Shown here one piece after another: positions 10,559 through 19,832 of a DNA stretch of 64,000 bases. Below the pieces are notes generated by a model. The model saw only the letters and a list, made by a program, of their open reading frames with translations, did not search any database and was not told where the DNA came from. Source of the stretch: a virus. Positions within the stretch are counted from its first letter, which is position 1. Every line of letters starts with the position of its first letter. Both the position numbers and the translations under genes were made by a program. Location of the stretch: IMG/VR virus record IMGVR_UViG_3300042914_004291, positions 73,190 through 137,189 of that record; one strand, given 5' to 3'.

Positions 10559-10669
10559 GTTTTACACTGTTCCTTATTTACTTTTCAGTCTCTAAGTATG
10601 GAACAGAGTATGGGAATCCGGCATGCCGCCCAACAAGCTTAAGGCCGGATAATTAGTTAGACGATCTGT

Positions 10670-11962
10670 TTACTGACGTCTTCTCTTGTTTTTGCTGCCA
10701 TCGATGAAGAAGTCATTCAGCGTTTGTAAATCAGACGCTGTGTACACGGTTTCACCATGTTTCTGTGTTCGATTCATCTCCTTAACAAATCTGCCATTCT
10801 TCTTGAAGAGGAATTGTTGGTTCAGTGTTTTTGTGGATTGATCATTCAGTGGTGTCTCTTCGACATCTTGCGAAAGAGAGAACTTAGTCATCTGATCCTC
10901 TTTGGTCATGTCATACAAAGATGAGTCACGTTCTGACTTGATTCCTTCAGTGCCGCCAACCATCGATGTTTCAAAAACCACAGAAGGATTTGAGATATAC
11001 CGTTTGATTGCAGTCTTCTGGCCTGGGCCAGTAGGAGCGACAAGCAGACCTCTGACTGTCATCGTGAAAACGTTTCTGACAATTCTTTCCTCGTCTGTCA
11101 TGTCATCAGAGTTGTTGCCCGAAGATATCTCGGAATCCAACACAGCATTGAACCAATAACCTTTAGAGCTCTTGAGATAGAAACTCTTCCCGGGTGCTAG
11201 CTGCGATGCCAGCGTTGCTTCAATCAGGTAGTTCATGTGCATCTCCTCTGTCGTCCAGTACACGATCTCATACTTCGCATCAAACGACTGTGGAAATGGA
11301 ATCTTGATGATCTCATAGATGTGATCGCCCGGATTTAATCCACTAGCCAGCAGCATGCCCTGGCGTATCGCAGGATTGCTCGCTAGGTTGTTTTTATTTG
11401 CCCTGTAAGTGTCTGGTTGGGTAGTCGGAAGGTTTTGCAGCCCAAGTGGATTTAATAAAGCCTGGAGGGCGTTGTCGTCGATCTCTGCATAAGGCCGTTT
11501 GATTGTCATCTCTCCGAGGAATGTGGCTTGCGACTCTTGAGTCAAACCGGTCCTTCTGACAGAAATGGCTGGGAGGATCAGAACGCCGTTCCTGTCTCTG
11601 AACGGTTTCAGCTTCTTGGCGACAGCGAACCTCTCACCACCAGCAAACTTGACGAATGGTTTTGGTAGCGCGAACTGTCTTTGAGATCCTTGCGCAGATG
11701 AGAAATTTCTGAACCCTATTGTCTGATCGAACAACTCAACGACTGCAATGTCGACATCTTCAATTCCACATGATGGAATCCAGAATGATCCGGTAGAACC
11801 AATTATGTTATCTAGCCCGGTATCATCATTGGCCAGAGCATAGCCTGTTGGAATCTGCTCAACATAGCCACCAAGCCTAGGAACATTTTGTCTTACGACG
11901 TTTCCAGGAGGTGATAGCGGCAGTTTGTTGTCGTCGTTTGCACCATTGAAACTATCAGTCAT
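10670..11962 (-). CDS. Tail completion / sheath terminator-like protein (gp15-like)
   Basis: Sits between the neck and sheath genes; has LPAISVRRTG and P...Y.I..WT-type motifs. Confidence 0.55.
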   Translation of the reverse strand: MTDSFNGANDDNKLPLSPPGNVVRQNVPRLGGYVEQIPTGYALANDDTGLDNIIGSTGSFWIPSCGIEDVDIAVVELFDQTIGFRNFSSAQGSQRQFALPKPFVKFAGGERFAVAKKLKPFRDRNGVLILPAISVRRTGLTQESQATFLGEMTIKRPYAEIDDNALQALLNPLGLQNLPTTQPDTYRANKNNLASNPAIRQGMLLASGLNPGDHIYEIIKIPFPQSFDAKYEIVYWTTEEMHMNYLIEATLASQLAPGKSFYLKSSKGYWFNAVLDSEISSGNNSDDMTDEERIVRNVFTMTVRGLLVAPTGPGQKTAIKRYISNPSVVFETSMVGGTEGIKSERDSSLYDMTKEDQMTKFSLSQDVEETPLNDQSTKTLNQQFLFKKNGRFVKEMNRTQKHGETVYTASDLQTLNDFFIDGSKNKRRRQ

Positions 11963-12671
11963 AGATTCCTGCCTTCGCTGGTGGAGGGTTGTTCACAAAC
12001 GTCGTAACCTTTTCGTTTGGATTAGCAGCATTTTCGTCAGGCGCTACTTTCCTAGGCCCAGTACCCAAAGCAATGTCTGCCATGTTCCCACCAAGCCGTT
12101 GTCGCATCTCTCTCACATCCCCAGTCGGCACACCATCCGATGTTTCTGCTAGCCCACGTGTTTGCTCAAATGTCATCTGAGTATCACCAGGGACCAACGG
12201 TGTTTTTGGCAGGTTCTTGATAGTGTTTGGATCAAGCTGGCTAAGTCTTGCAGACTTCGCAGTCAGCTTCCACGCCAGATCGTACTCAGCCATACCAAAG
12301 ATATTGTTAGTGTTCACCATGGTCAGGATCTCATACACAGTATCATCAAACATGAACATGTCACCCTCCGATGGTGTGATCTTCTTGTCGTCTAGATCCT
12401 TTACCTGAATTAGAACTTCCAGTTTGCATTCAAGCTGTGGTCCAAATGCCGTGTTCTTAGACACCCACTCAGGCTGACCAACCAAAGCAGGAATCTTGAT
12501 CGGATTGTCGAATATCTTCTCTGGTGCTTCGTCATACACAGGGTGCACAGCACTGTTCAGAGTTGACACCGGGATATAGAGAATAAACTGGCCAGCAGCA
12601 TCGCTGATAAACTCTTTCGTGATGTCGTTGATGAACTGCATCTCTTTCTGACCTATGAACAATCTAGCCAT
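11955..12671 (-). CDS. Neck / head-closure protein (gp14-like)
   Basis: Motifs HPVYDEA.EK.F, PSEGD.F and YEI; synteny with the neck and sheath genes. Confidence 0.65.
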   Translation of the reverse strand: MARLFIGQKEMQFINDITKEFISDAAGQFILYIPVSTLNSAVHPVYDEAPEKIFDNPIKIPALVGQPEWVSKNTAFGPQLECKLEVLIQVKDLDDKKITPSEGDMFMFDDTVYEILTMVNTNNIFGMAEYDLAWKLTAKSARLSQLDPNTIKNLPKTPLVPGDTQMTFEQTRGLAETSDGVPTGDVREMRQRLGGNMADIALGTGPRKVAPDENAANPNEKVTTFVNNPPPAKAGIYD

Positions 12672-12697
12672 GCTTCGTTCCTTCTATTATTAGCCCG

Positions 12698-13969
12698 TCA
12701 TCCGACGTAAAAGACATATTTTGGGGGAATTGGCGTGAAGGATAGCTGTTTCACCATTGACTCTGCCTTGGCAGCATCTTGTTCTGCTAGTTTGTCGTAC
12801 GTCAAACCATCCAGAGTCTCTTTCAACGACGTGAGCAGTTTCTCCTGTTGCTCTCTCCCAGCAGAACGAAGATCATCACCGTCCAACTGGAGTTCTGCAC
12901 CGGGTATTGGAATGTTCTTGAACTTGCTTCTCACCTTGCCAAGCAATTCCGTGCTCAAAGCTAGGGTGAATTGCGCAATCCAGTTCCTGCTCCACATGTT
13001 CAGGCTGTTGTAGTTCAAAGGCCCAAACGGCGAATTGAATGGACCATTCACGCCATAGATCTTGTCTTGCTGGAACGTTCCACCCGATCCGGACCCATAG
13101 ACTTGATATGAAGATCCAGAGTTAACCAATGAGTTGGCTAGAGTCGGAAATGGAGATGATGAAAACCTCACACGCAACCAAACTCTGTCGTAATAGCCAA
13201 GACGCAAGTTGTTTGGCACTGGATAGATCCGGATTTTGCGGCCAGAGATCTTGTAGGTGTAGTGCGACCTTCTGATCTTCTGAGCCTCCTTGAGCATCGA
13301 TCCTCTCAGCACGTCTTCAAATAATGGAAGGACATAGAACCTAGTGTCTGGAATCCAGCTCTCAACAGGCAAACCAGAAGCAACAAAGTTCGATGCAAGG
13401 TTGCTGTTGAACATGTACTGCGCTGGTGGCCCATGAAAAACTTCAACAACTTCCATGCCGCCAACAGAGCCGCTTGGCTGCTGAGCCCAGATGCTTGAAC
13501 CGCTAACGTCTACCAAGTCAGTATAGAGGTCATATTCCTGTCTCCCAGTGGTGAGATGGATATAGCCCATGTACGACTGCTCAGACTGACCAAAACCAAC
13601 GATGCTAGCATAAGGTGCAGCAAGCATGTTCAGGAACTCAAGGTTCTGCTGGACATACATGTCGGAGATGTTGATGTTGTTGTTTCCATTGGCATCTAAA
13701 CTTCCAGTTGGCATGCCTAGGATCGAAGTCAAGTTTGACTTGTTCTGGTACTCGATCATCTTGCCATTGAACTCGCGAGTAGCATTCTCAAAACAAGCCC
13801 AGATCATCTGCTTAGTGAGCTCAACACCTAAGACGTCTTCCCCAAGCATTCTGAGAACAAATGTGACCATGTTGTCAGCATCGCTCTGAAACAGCGAGTA
13901 CCGATCATAGAAACCAAATGGTGTTGGCCGCAAAGTTGTGTTGAAGGTAATCGATGGAGGAGGAGCCAT
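12698..13969 (-). CDS. Neck / head-tail adaptor protein (gp13-like)
   Basis: Motifs LG...L.VELT..., WI..FTLAL..E.LG.VRSKF..IPIPG..L.LDG..L. Start taken at ATG 13969, downstream of TAGTTA (13985-13990). Confidence 0.75.
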   Translation of the reverse strand: MAPPPSITFNTTLRPTPFGFYDRYSLFQSDADNMVTFVLRMLGEDVLGVELTKQMIWACFENATREFNGKMIEYQNKSNLTSILGMPTGSLDANGNNNINISDMYVQQNLEFLNMLAAPYASIVGFGQSEQSYMGYIHLTTGRQEYDLYTDLVDVSGSSIWAQQPSGSVGGMEVVEVFHGPPAQYMFNSNLASNFVASGLPVESWIPDTRFYVLPLFEDVLRGSMLKEAQKIRRSHYTYKISGRKIRIYPVPNNLRLGYYDRVWLRVRFSSSPFPTLANSLVNSGSSYQVYGSGSGGTFQQDKIYGVNGPFNSPFGPLNYNSLNMWSRNWIAQFTLALSTELLGKVRSKFKNIPIPGAELQLDGDDLRSAGREQQEKLLTSLKETLDGLTYDKLAEQDAAKAESMVKQLSFTPIPPKYVFYVG

Positions 13970-14006
13970 GGCAGTTAGTAGCACTAACTACAGATGGCAT
14001 AGCAGA

Positions 14007-16508
14007 TCATTTTTTCATAGTCATTTGGCGGTTTTGGTACATCTTATCGCGCTCAGCCTGCGCTTCAGCATGCAGATACTCATCACGAACCTTAATTACA
14101 AGTTTGACAAACTCGTCTGTGCCATACTCAGAAAGGTCAAGCACGCGAGGAAAACGTTTTGGATCTTCTTGATGCTTTTGTAGCACTCCCTCAGCCGCCC
14201 GGTTCAGTGCATGGAGCGCAGGAGTTCCTTTAGGAAGGAGGGGCGCCACGATGCGCTTGAATTGGAAAACATCAAACATTTCGTCCCCCATGCGCGCGCG
14301 ATGCAGTAATTTCTTCAATTTGTCCTCCGCGTCGGCGGTGACCGCGTCGGCGGCTTCACGCAGAGATCGACGTTGATTTTGTTCGCGGCCTTTCTTCAGA
14401 CCTGCTTTATAAGCAGCAGCAATGGCTTCCATCACCATCTCTTGGTCAGCAGCCTCGGCATCATCAGCAGCAGCCGCATCGTCTGCCATTGCAGCACCGA
14501 CATCTTCTTTCACAGTTGACACCTCTGCTAGAGATTCTTTGAGTGATTGTTTGATCAGCTTGGCAAGGTCTTTCATGTTCATCTTCACGTTGCTTGGTGT
14601 TGTTGGTTTCCTGTTTGTTATAGCCATGGTAGTATTGGAGTTAAATATCTCAGTGATTGGTTTTATTCCTCTTGGTTTGACCATTGCCTGTTTGTTCGCT
14701 TGCAACTCCTTCACTCTCCGCAAACCAGAAGTCCTGATCATCTCAAATATTTCACGGCCAACATTCTTGAGATCATCTGGGAGGTTCGCAGTGAACTTCT
14801 GTGTGTCGCCTATCGCAATGAATGATCTCATGTCAGTGCCTGAAACGTTTCCGAACCTAGGAACCGATACGATGTCAATGAGTTTCTGTTCTGCTAGCCT
14901 AGGGGCATCCAAAGAAACGCTATCTGGCCTGAACCTTGCTATGTCTTCATCCCCAGCCAACAGATTCACTTGAACGTTCTGTCCGGATCTGTCATAGGCA
15001 TTCAGCTTCTGATATGCCATGGTGACCGGGTTGTCTGTGAACTCAACCATGACGTTTGCTGGGAGTGTTCTGAGAATATATCGATTCCAGATCTCTCTCA
15101 TGGTAGCGCCTAGGATTGGCACTTCACCAGACTTCTCTCTGTCACTTTCAGATACCAAAAGAAGCACTTTGTCGCTTTGCATAGAAGCCAGCCTGACAAC
15201 TCTGTCATGGCCTCTGTGATATGGCTTGAACGCACCCGGGAAGATTGTGACTGTTGAGTCCGCATTGGGTTTTCGCCGCAAAACAAACCCTTCCTCATCA
15301 TCATAGCCGCGGCCACCATACTTCAAAGCTCCAATCAACTGATTGATCGGCGCAAACTGACCGGTGAACTTGTACGACTTGCCATTCCTCCGGAACACAA
15401 TGCCTTCAATGGTCGAAGTTATCCTGTCAGCAGCTTGCAACTTGTTTAGTTGATCGCCAAGAGCCGCCAATGCATCAGGTGAAGACTTGATCTTCTCAAT
15501 AGCAGCTTGAAGCTCTGTTCGAACTTTTGCGGCAGCACCGCTATGGTCAACCACCAACATACTCTTTGATCCTTCAAGCAACTCACTAGCAAACTTTGTG
15601 ATCACGTTCTCAATTGGCTGCGTGATTGTCTTGAAGATCTTCTTCTTGTTCCTGTCAAGTGCAACAATCCGAATGTATTGCTCTTCGTCAGCGGCATACT
15701 TCCTGAGTGAGTTGATCTTGACTGTTCTGTCATCATCACCGGTCAATCTTTTGCCAAGTTCATCTGAGATCGAGCCGTCAATACCATATGGTTTCAGATA
15801 GTATCCAAGCTTGACCTTGATATACTTTCCAACAGTGTCACTGTCATTCATCCCAGCATCTTGCATGATTGCATCAATTGATGCTAGAGCTTCCTTCAGC
15901 GGCTCTTTTGAACCAAGTTTGACCAAAGGATATACAACCGGCGCACTTAATTTCCATCCTGTCTCAGCCATCTCACCATCGATCTTCTGTGCCAAGCCTA
16001 ATAGTTTATCAAACACGGCATCATCATGTGAATCTTCAAGATGGCCTGTTGCTTCGTTAAACTTCCTGGCGCCAAACTTGTGTGGCGATATCACGTTCTG
16101 TCCATACACAATGATATTTGGGTTCACCACAGCAAGGATCTCAGCAGAGAACCAATACTCACCATGATCACCAAACACACTCACCTTCTCATCAGAACCA
16201 AGACCAACCTCTATGGCCTTTGACAGAACATCATAAGCCTGACTGAAGGCGGACTGAACAGATGGCTTGTCCAACCATTTCCTATCCACCTCTTCTTTTG
16301 TCATTCCTCCTCTGCGCAGATCTCCAAGATTCCTGGCGAACCTGAGAGTTCCTTGACGAAACCCAAAGAAGATGTTCTGGCCATCCAACTTTTCTGTCAC
16401 CGATTCCAAACGTCCGGTGCTAGCATCAGTCAGAATAGACTTCAACTCATCAAACGTCAGACCAATGTCTTCGTATACATGCTGCAAATGTCCTGCTAGT
16501 CCACCCAT
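14007..16508 (-). CDS. Fusion of a KxDG ligase-like nucleotidyltransferase domain, an HxGH (cytidylyltransferase-family) domain and a C-terminal low-complexity region
   Basis: TEKLDG, EGIV and YKFTG resemble ligase motifs I, IV and V. PGAFKPYHRGH and VSGTDMR are HIGH/SxT-type motifs. Confidence 0.75.
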   Translation of the reverse strand: MGGLAGHLQHVYEDIGLTFDELKSILTDASTGRLESVTEKLDGQNIFFGFRQGTLRFARNLGDLRRGGMTKEEVDRKWLDKPSVQSAFSQAYDVLSKAIEVGLGSDEKVSVFGDHGEYWFSAEILAVVNPNIIVYGQNVISPHKFGARKFNEATGHLEDSHDDAVFDKLLGLAQKIDGEMAETGWKLSAPVVYPLVKLGSKEPLKEALASIDAIMQDAGMNDSDTVGKYIKVKLGYYLKPYGIDGSISDELGKRLTGDDDRTVKINSLRKYAADEEQYIRIVALDRNKKKIFKTITQPIENVITKFASELLEGSKSMLVVDHSGAAAKVRTELQAAIEKIKSSPDALAALGDQLNKLQAADRITSTIEGIVFRRNGKSYKFTGQFAPINQLIGALKYGGRGYDDEEGFVLRRKPNADSTVTIFPGAFKPYHRGHDRVVRLASMQSDKVLLLVSESDREKSGEVPILGATMREIWNRYILRTLPANVMVEFTDNPVTMAYQKLNAYDRSGQNVQVNLLAGDEDIARFRPDSVSLDAPRLAEQKLIDIVSVPRFGNVSGTDMRSFIAIGDTQKFTANLPDDLKNVGREIFEMIRTSGLRRVKELQANKQAMVKPRGIKPITEIFNSNTTMAITNRKPTTPSNVKMNMKDLAKLIKQSLKESLAEVSTVKEDVGAAMADDAAAADDAEAADQEMVMEAIAAAYKAGLKKGREQNQRRSLREAADAVTADAEDKLKKLLHRARMGDEMFDVFQFKRIVAPLLPKGTPALHALNRAAEGVLQKHQEDPKRFPRVLDLSEYGTDEFVKLVIKVRDEYLHAEAQAERDKMYQNRQMTMKK

Positions 16509-16523
16509 GTTTACCTCGCCGTT

Positions 16524-16552
16524 ACCTTACCACACACCAGAACACCTGTCAA
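16524..16552 (-). promoter_or_regulatory. Sigma70-type promoter
   Basis: TTGACA-17 nt-TAAGGT with TG extension, then SD-like GAGGT before ATG 16508. Confidence 0.75.
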
Positions 16553-16665
16553 ACAAGCAGGAACACAAACAGGCTTAGGAAGGCTTCTGATATTAATTCT
16601 AGGAGGCTCTGAGTCCATGATGGATAAGAAGACATTAAACCGTAGAACGGGCTCTAGAAATTAAT

Positions 16666-17631
16666 CTAGGAAGACGTCTGAGCCGTTGGTGATGATGGCT
16701 GTGATGCAAGACGCCAGCCACCAACCGACTTGGTTTCTTTGTGAATAACTTTCAGGAGTGTTGTATAGTATAAACCAAATTCACGGGCTTGCTGTTTGAT
16801 GTTTCTGGAGAGTGTCAGGGTTTCGCCGCGATCATTCACAAGAACAATTCCTTCAAATCTGCCTTTAGCAATCTTCTCTCTGTGTTCTTTGCTCAGAGGC
16901 TTTCTCTTCTCACCTTTGCGCTCGACATACACTGGTTTCTCTGTTCCAACAAACCAGCCATTGGATGATTTGATCTTGCCTTTCACAAGGAGGTGAAAGG
17001 CTTTGTAATTCAAGCCACGTTCCTTGCAGAACGTGCGCAATGAACCCTTCACCTCAACTTGCTCACCAGCCTCCATGTGAGTGAGGATCAGCCCAAGATA
17101 CTTGCCATGCTCTTCGTGGTGTTTTTGGATAGCCTCTCTGCGCTGCTCGCGGTCCTCTTTGCTATATTCCTCTGCAAAGTATCGCTGAACGGCTGCCTTT
17201 TGTTTTACATTGTCTTCCGGCAATCTTTTACCGCAACGCTTGCTCGTTGTTGGATCATCCTTCTGTTTATTCGGACGCCCTGCCCTAGAATCGGCTGCGT
17301 CTTTTCGAAAGTTGTAGCAGTTCTTTTGGTTGTCGTACAGTTGATCGATCCAATATTGCTCTCGCAACAGCATCTCGGCTTTGCTCTCAGTTACCTCAAG
17401 CACTTCGAAGATGAAACACTCAGAACCACACTTGTTGAAGTCGTTTTGAAGATATGTGTTTTTGTGCCTGCTGGCTTCTAGGTCTGCTCGATGACTCCTA
17501 GCTCTGCCTTTGAATCTGCGCGTACTGCCAATGTAGATCCGTCCATTTTTTGTGTTGATGATCCTGTAGATGCCGCTCTGGTTGGCATGAGTGCCATAAA
17601 TTGTTTGCATTGTAGTTCCTGATCCTGTCAC
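16666..17631 (-). CDS. Free-standing GIY-YIG homing endonuclease with C-terminal DNA-binding repeats; start may be 17610
   Basis: SGIYRIINTKNGRIYIGST with conserved R, H-x-N and E..REQYWI; two repeated C-terminal units ending in K.KS..GW. Confidence 0.9.
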   Translation of the reverse strand: MTGSGTTMQTIYGTHANQSGIYRIINTKNGRIYIGSTRRFKGRARSHRADLEASRHKNTYLQNDFNKCGSECFIFEVLEVTESKAEMLLREQYWIDQLYDNQKNCYNFRKDAADSRAGRPNKQKDDPTTSKRCGKRLPEDNVKQKAAVQRYFAEEYSKEDREQRREAIQKHHEEHGKYLGLILTHMEAGEQVEVKGSLRTFCKERGLNYKAFHLLVKGKIKSSNGWFVGTEKPVYVERKGEKRKPLSKEHREKIAKGRFEGIVLVNDRGETLTLSRNIKQQAREFGLYYTTLLKVIHKETKSVGGWRLASQPSSPTAQTSS

Positions 17632-17718
17632 TAAACGATCTTAGATGTCCCAGAGGACAATTTATAGTGGCAACGGCGCCATATCCAAAACCACCACAGT
17701 TCCATTATAAATCCCTTG

Positions 17719-17757
17719 AAAAACAGAAGGGGAGAAGATTTTCATCTTCTCCCCTTC
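17719..17757 (-). terminator. Rho-independent terminator after the major capsid gene
   Basis: Perfect 14-bp stem GAAGGGGAGAAGAT/ATCTTCTCCCCTTC with GAAA loop, followed by TGTTTTT on the minus strand. Confidence 0.9.
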
Positions 17758-17799
17758 CTTCGTTCATGTATTGTCCTCAGTGACTAGAGGACAATTAAT

Positions 17800-19767
17800 T
17801 CACACAATAGCAGTGTCGAGAACTGTCACGGTTCCGTAGAAGTCGGAGCGAACCATCTTCTTGCCGTAGCGTGTCATGATACCCTTACGTGGGGTCAGAT
17901 CCTCGGGTGCGTACACCACTGGGGAGAGGATCAGAGGCACGTATGGAGCATAGATATAACCAGACTCCAGGAAGGTCGAACCCTTCAGACCGATCAGGAT
18001 CTTGTTTGCTGGGAAGTAAGGATCGATGAACACTGAGTAGCGACCATTGATCGTACCAGCGGCTTCGCGACCGATGCTCATTGAGTCACGCACTTGACCA
18101 TCGGAATCGATCTTGTAGTTTGCGCGGTATGCCACGGTGTGCTCCAGGATCGTTTGCACGTCTGGTGAACACACGATGAAATTGCCTGCACCACGAAGAG
18201 TCTTCTTGTGGATGGTGTTTGCCACGTTGGTGATTGTCTCAACAAGTGTCTGATACCATTGCTGCACGTCACCGGTAAAGGCTGGGCCTGGGTACGAGGT
18301 GGATGTACGAGCAACTTCAACACCAGTGTAGATGTTCACAAACTTACCGGGAGCGCGGCTCCAGTATAGGCTTGCAGCATTTGCTTGGGTCAAGAGGTCG
18401 TTCAGGATCTCACGGTCAATGTCCAGAGTGATCATCTCAGAGAGAAGGTTTGTCAACTCTGCTTCGATATCCACTGAGAAGTACGCAGTGAGATCTTGTG
18501 CCATTTCAGGCGACCAGCGAGCACGCAGCTTGCGGGTTGTTGCTGTCACGGCAACCGACTCAACCTTGATGTCAACGTCTGGGATCCGTGGGCTTGAATC
18601 AACATCGAAGTTGGTTTCAAAGCTTGGGATGGTCAGGGTCGAACCATCAGAGTTCACTGAGAGAGTATCTGCAACAGGGGCAGAAGCAGTCACGCGGGTT
18701 GCTGCTGCCCCGATACCGGTACCTGGGAGGTTTGCTTGGCTTGGGCCAGACGAACCATTTGCAAGAGCCATTGCCAACAGCACGTGCGAACCATTGAATG
18801 GATCAACAGTGAATGTTGAGCTGGTCCCGGAATCGGTCCAGTTACCACGCTTGGTGAACTGACGGAAGTTCAGGAGTGCTTCACCTTGCTGGTAGGTTGC
18901 TGGAACCGATGTAAACACCGAGCCAGAAGCACCAAGACCGGTCACGGCAACTTGGCCAAGGTCTGTCATGTCTGCGCCGTTGATTGCTGTGGTCACTTGT
19001 GACGCACTCACAACAAGGAAGCAGTAGTCAATCACGCCATTGGTCACGTCATTTTGCAGGAGTGGGTTGAAGTCCACAAGACGTGCGTTATAGCCCGAGA
19101 ACCCTGCCGAAGCAGAGACGCTCGAACCAGTGAGCCATGTAGTGTCTCCGGTCCATGCACCAACAATCACTGGGCCAATTGCAAGTTGACCTTGCACGTT
19201 CACCTTGGTATAACCATGACCAATCAGGTTGTACTGACCACCAGCGGCCAACGAACCCGACGTGCGGATTTCCTTACCAACGGGGTTGGTGTAGATTGAT
19301 TGCCCGCGAGCATATGTCGCAGCGCCTGGATCAGAACTGGTAGCAAACTTGTTTGCTGCTGTGCCTGCGTCACCACCGACGTACGACCCGTAGGTGTAGT
19401 CAAGATAGAACAACAGACCCGAAGGCAGAGACATTGGTTGAACGCTGACAATCTCGTTAGCAATCAAACCAGCAAACACCCGACGCACGATCGGGAATGC
19501 AACGCTGGTGAAACCTGCAACCTGACCGCTCGACACAAGAGCCGCACCACCGGTTGAGAGTGAGAGCGACTCGTTGAGCATCCGGCCACCGTCTTTGAGC
19601 ATTTCAACTGCCTGGTTTTCCAGGAGTCGCGCCATGAGTTGCTGCCCGTTGGACGAAAGCCCTTCAAGCAGTTTAACCTTTTTCCATTTGTTCACTAGAC
19701 GGTCGCTGACGCCACCGTTAGCATTGCGCTGGATACCTTCAGCGAGTTGTGAGAGTGTGATAGACAT
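17800..19767 (-). CDS. gp23: Major capsid protein (T4 gp23-like)
   Basis: Motifs LLENQ, FPIVRRVF..LIANEIVSVQPM, TRKLRARWSPEMAQDL, IDREIL, GYIYAPYVPL and PRKGIMTRYG. Confidence 0.97.
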   Translation of the reverse strand: MSITLSQLAEGIQRNANGGVSDRLVNKWKKVKLLEGLSSNGQQLMARLLENQAVEMLKDGGRMLNESLSLSTGGAALVSSGQVAGFTSVAFPIVRRVFAGLIANEIVSVQPMSLPSGLLFYLDYTYGSYVGGDAGTAANKFATSSDPGAATYARGQSIYTNPVGKEIRTSGSLAAGGQYNLIGHGYTKVNVQGQLAIGPVIVGAWTGDTTWLTGSSVSASAGFSGYNARLVDFNPLLQNDVTNGVIDYCFLVVSASQVTTAINGADMTDLGQVAVTGLGASGSVFTSVPATYQQGEALLNFRQFTKRGNWTDSGTSSTFTVDPFNGSHVLLAMALANGSSGPSQANLPGTGIGAAATRVTASAPVADTLSVNSDGSTLTIPSFETNFDVDSSPRIPDVDIKVESVAVTATTRKLRARWSPEMAQDLTAYFSVDIEAELTNLLSEMITLDIDREILNDLLTQANAASLYWSRAPGKFVNIYTGVEVARTSTSYPGPAFTGDVQQWYQTLVETITNVANTIHKKTLRGAGNFIVCSPDVQTILEHTVAYRANYKIDSDGQVRDSMSIGREAAGTINGRYSVFIDPYFPANKILIGLKGSTFLESGYIYAPYVPLILSPVVYAPEDLTPRKGIMTRYGKKMVRSDFYGTVTVLDTAIV

Positions 19768-19832
19768 TGTTTTTCCTTATGCTTACCTTTTAGTTGTTTC
19801 TAACTAATGATCCTTTTTCTTTTTTCCTACTA

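Noticed and set aside
16666-17631. Group I intron hosting the GIY-YIG gene
   Set aside because: The flanking genes look complete, the capsid gene ends with its own terminator, and I saw no intron core elements.
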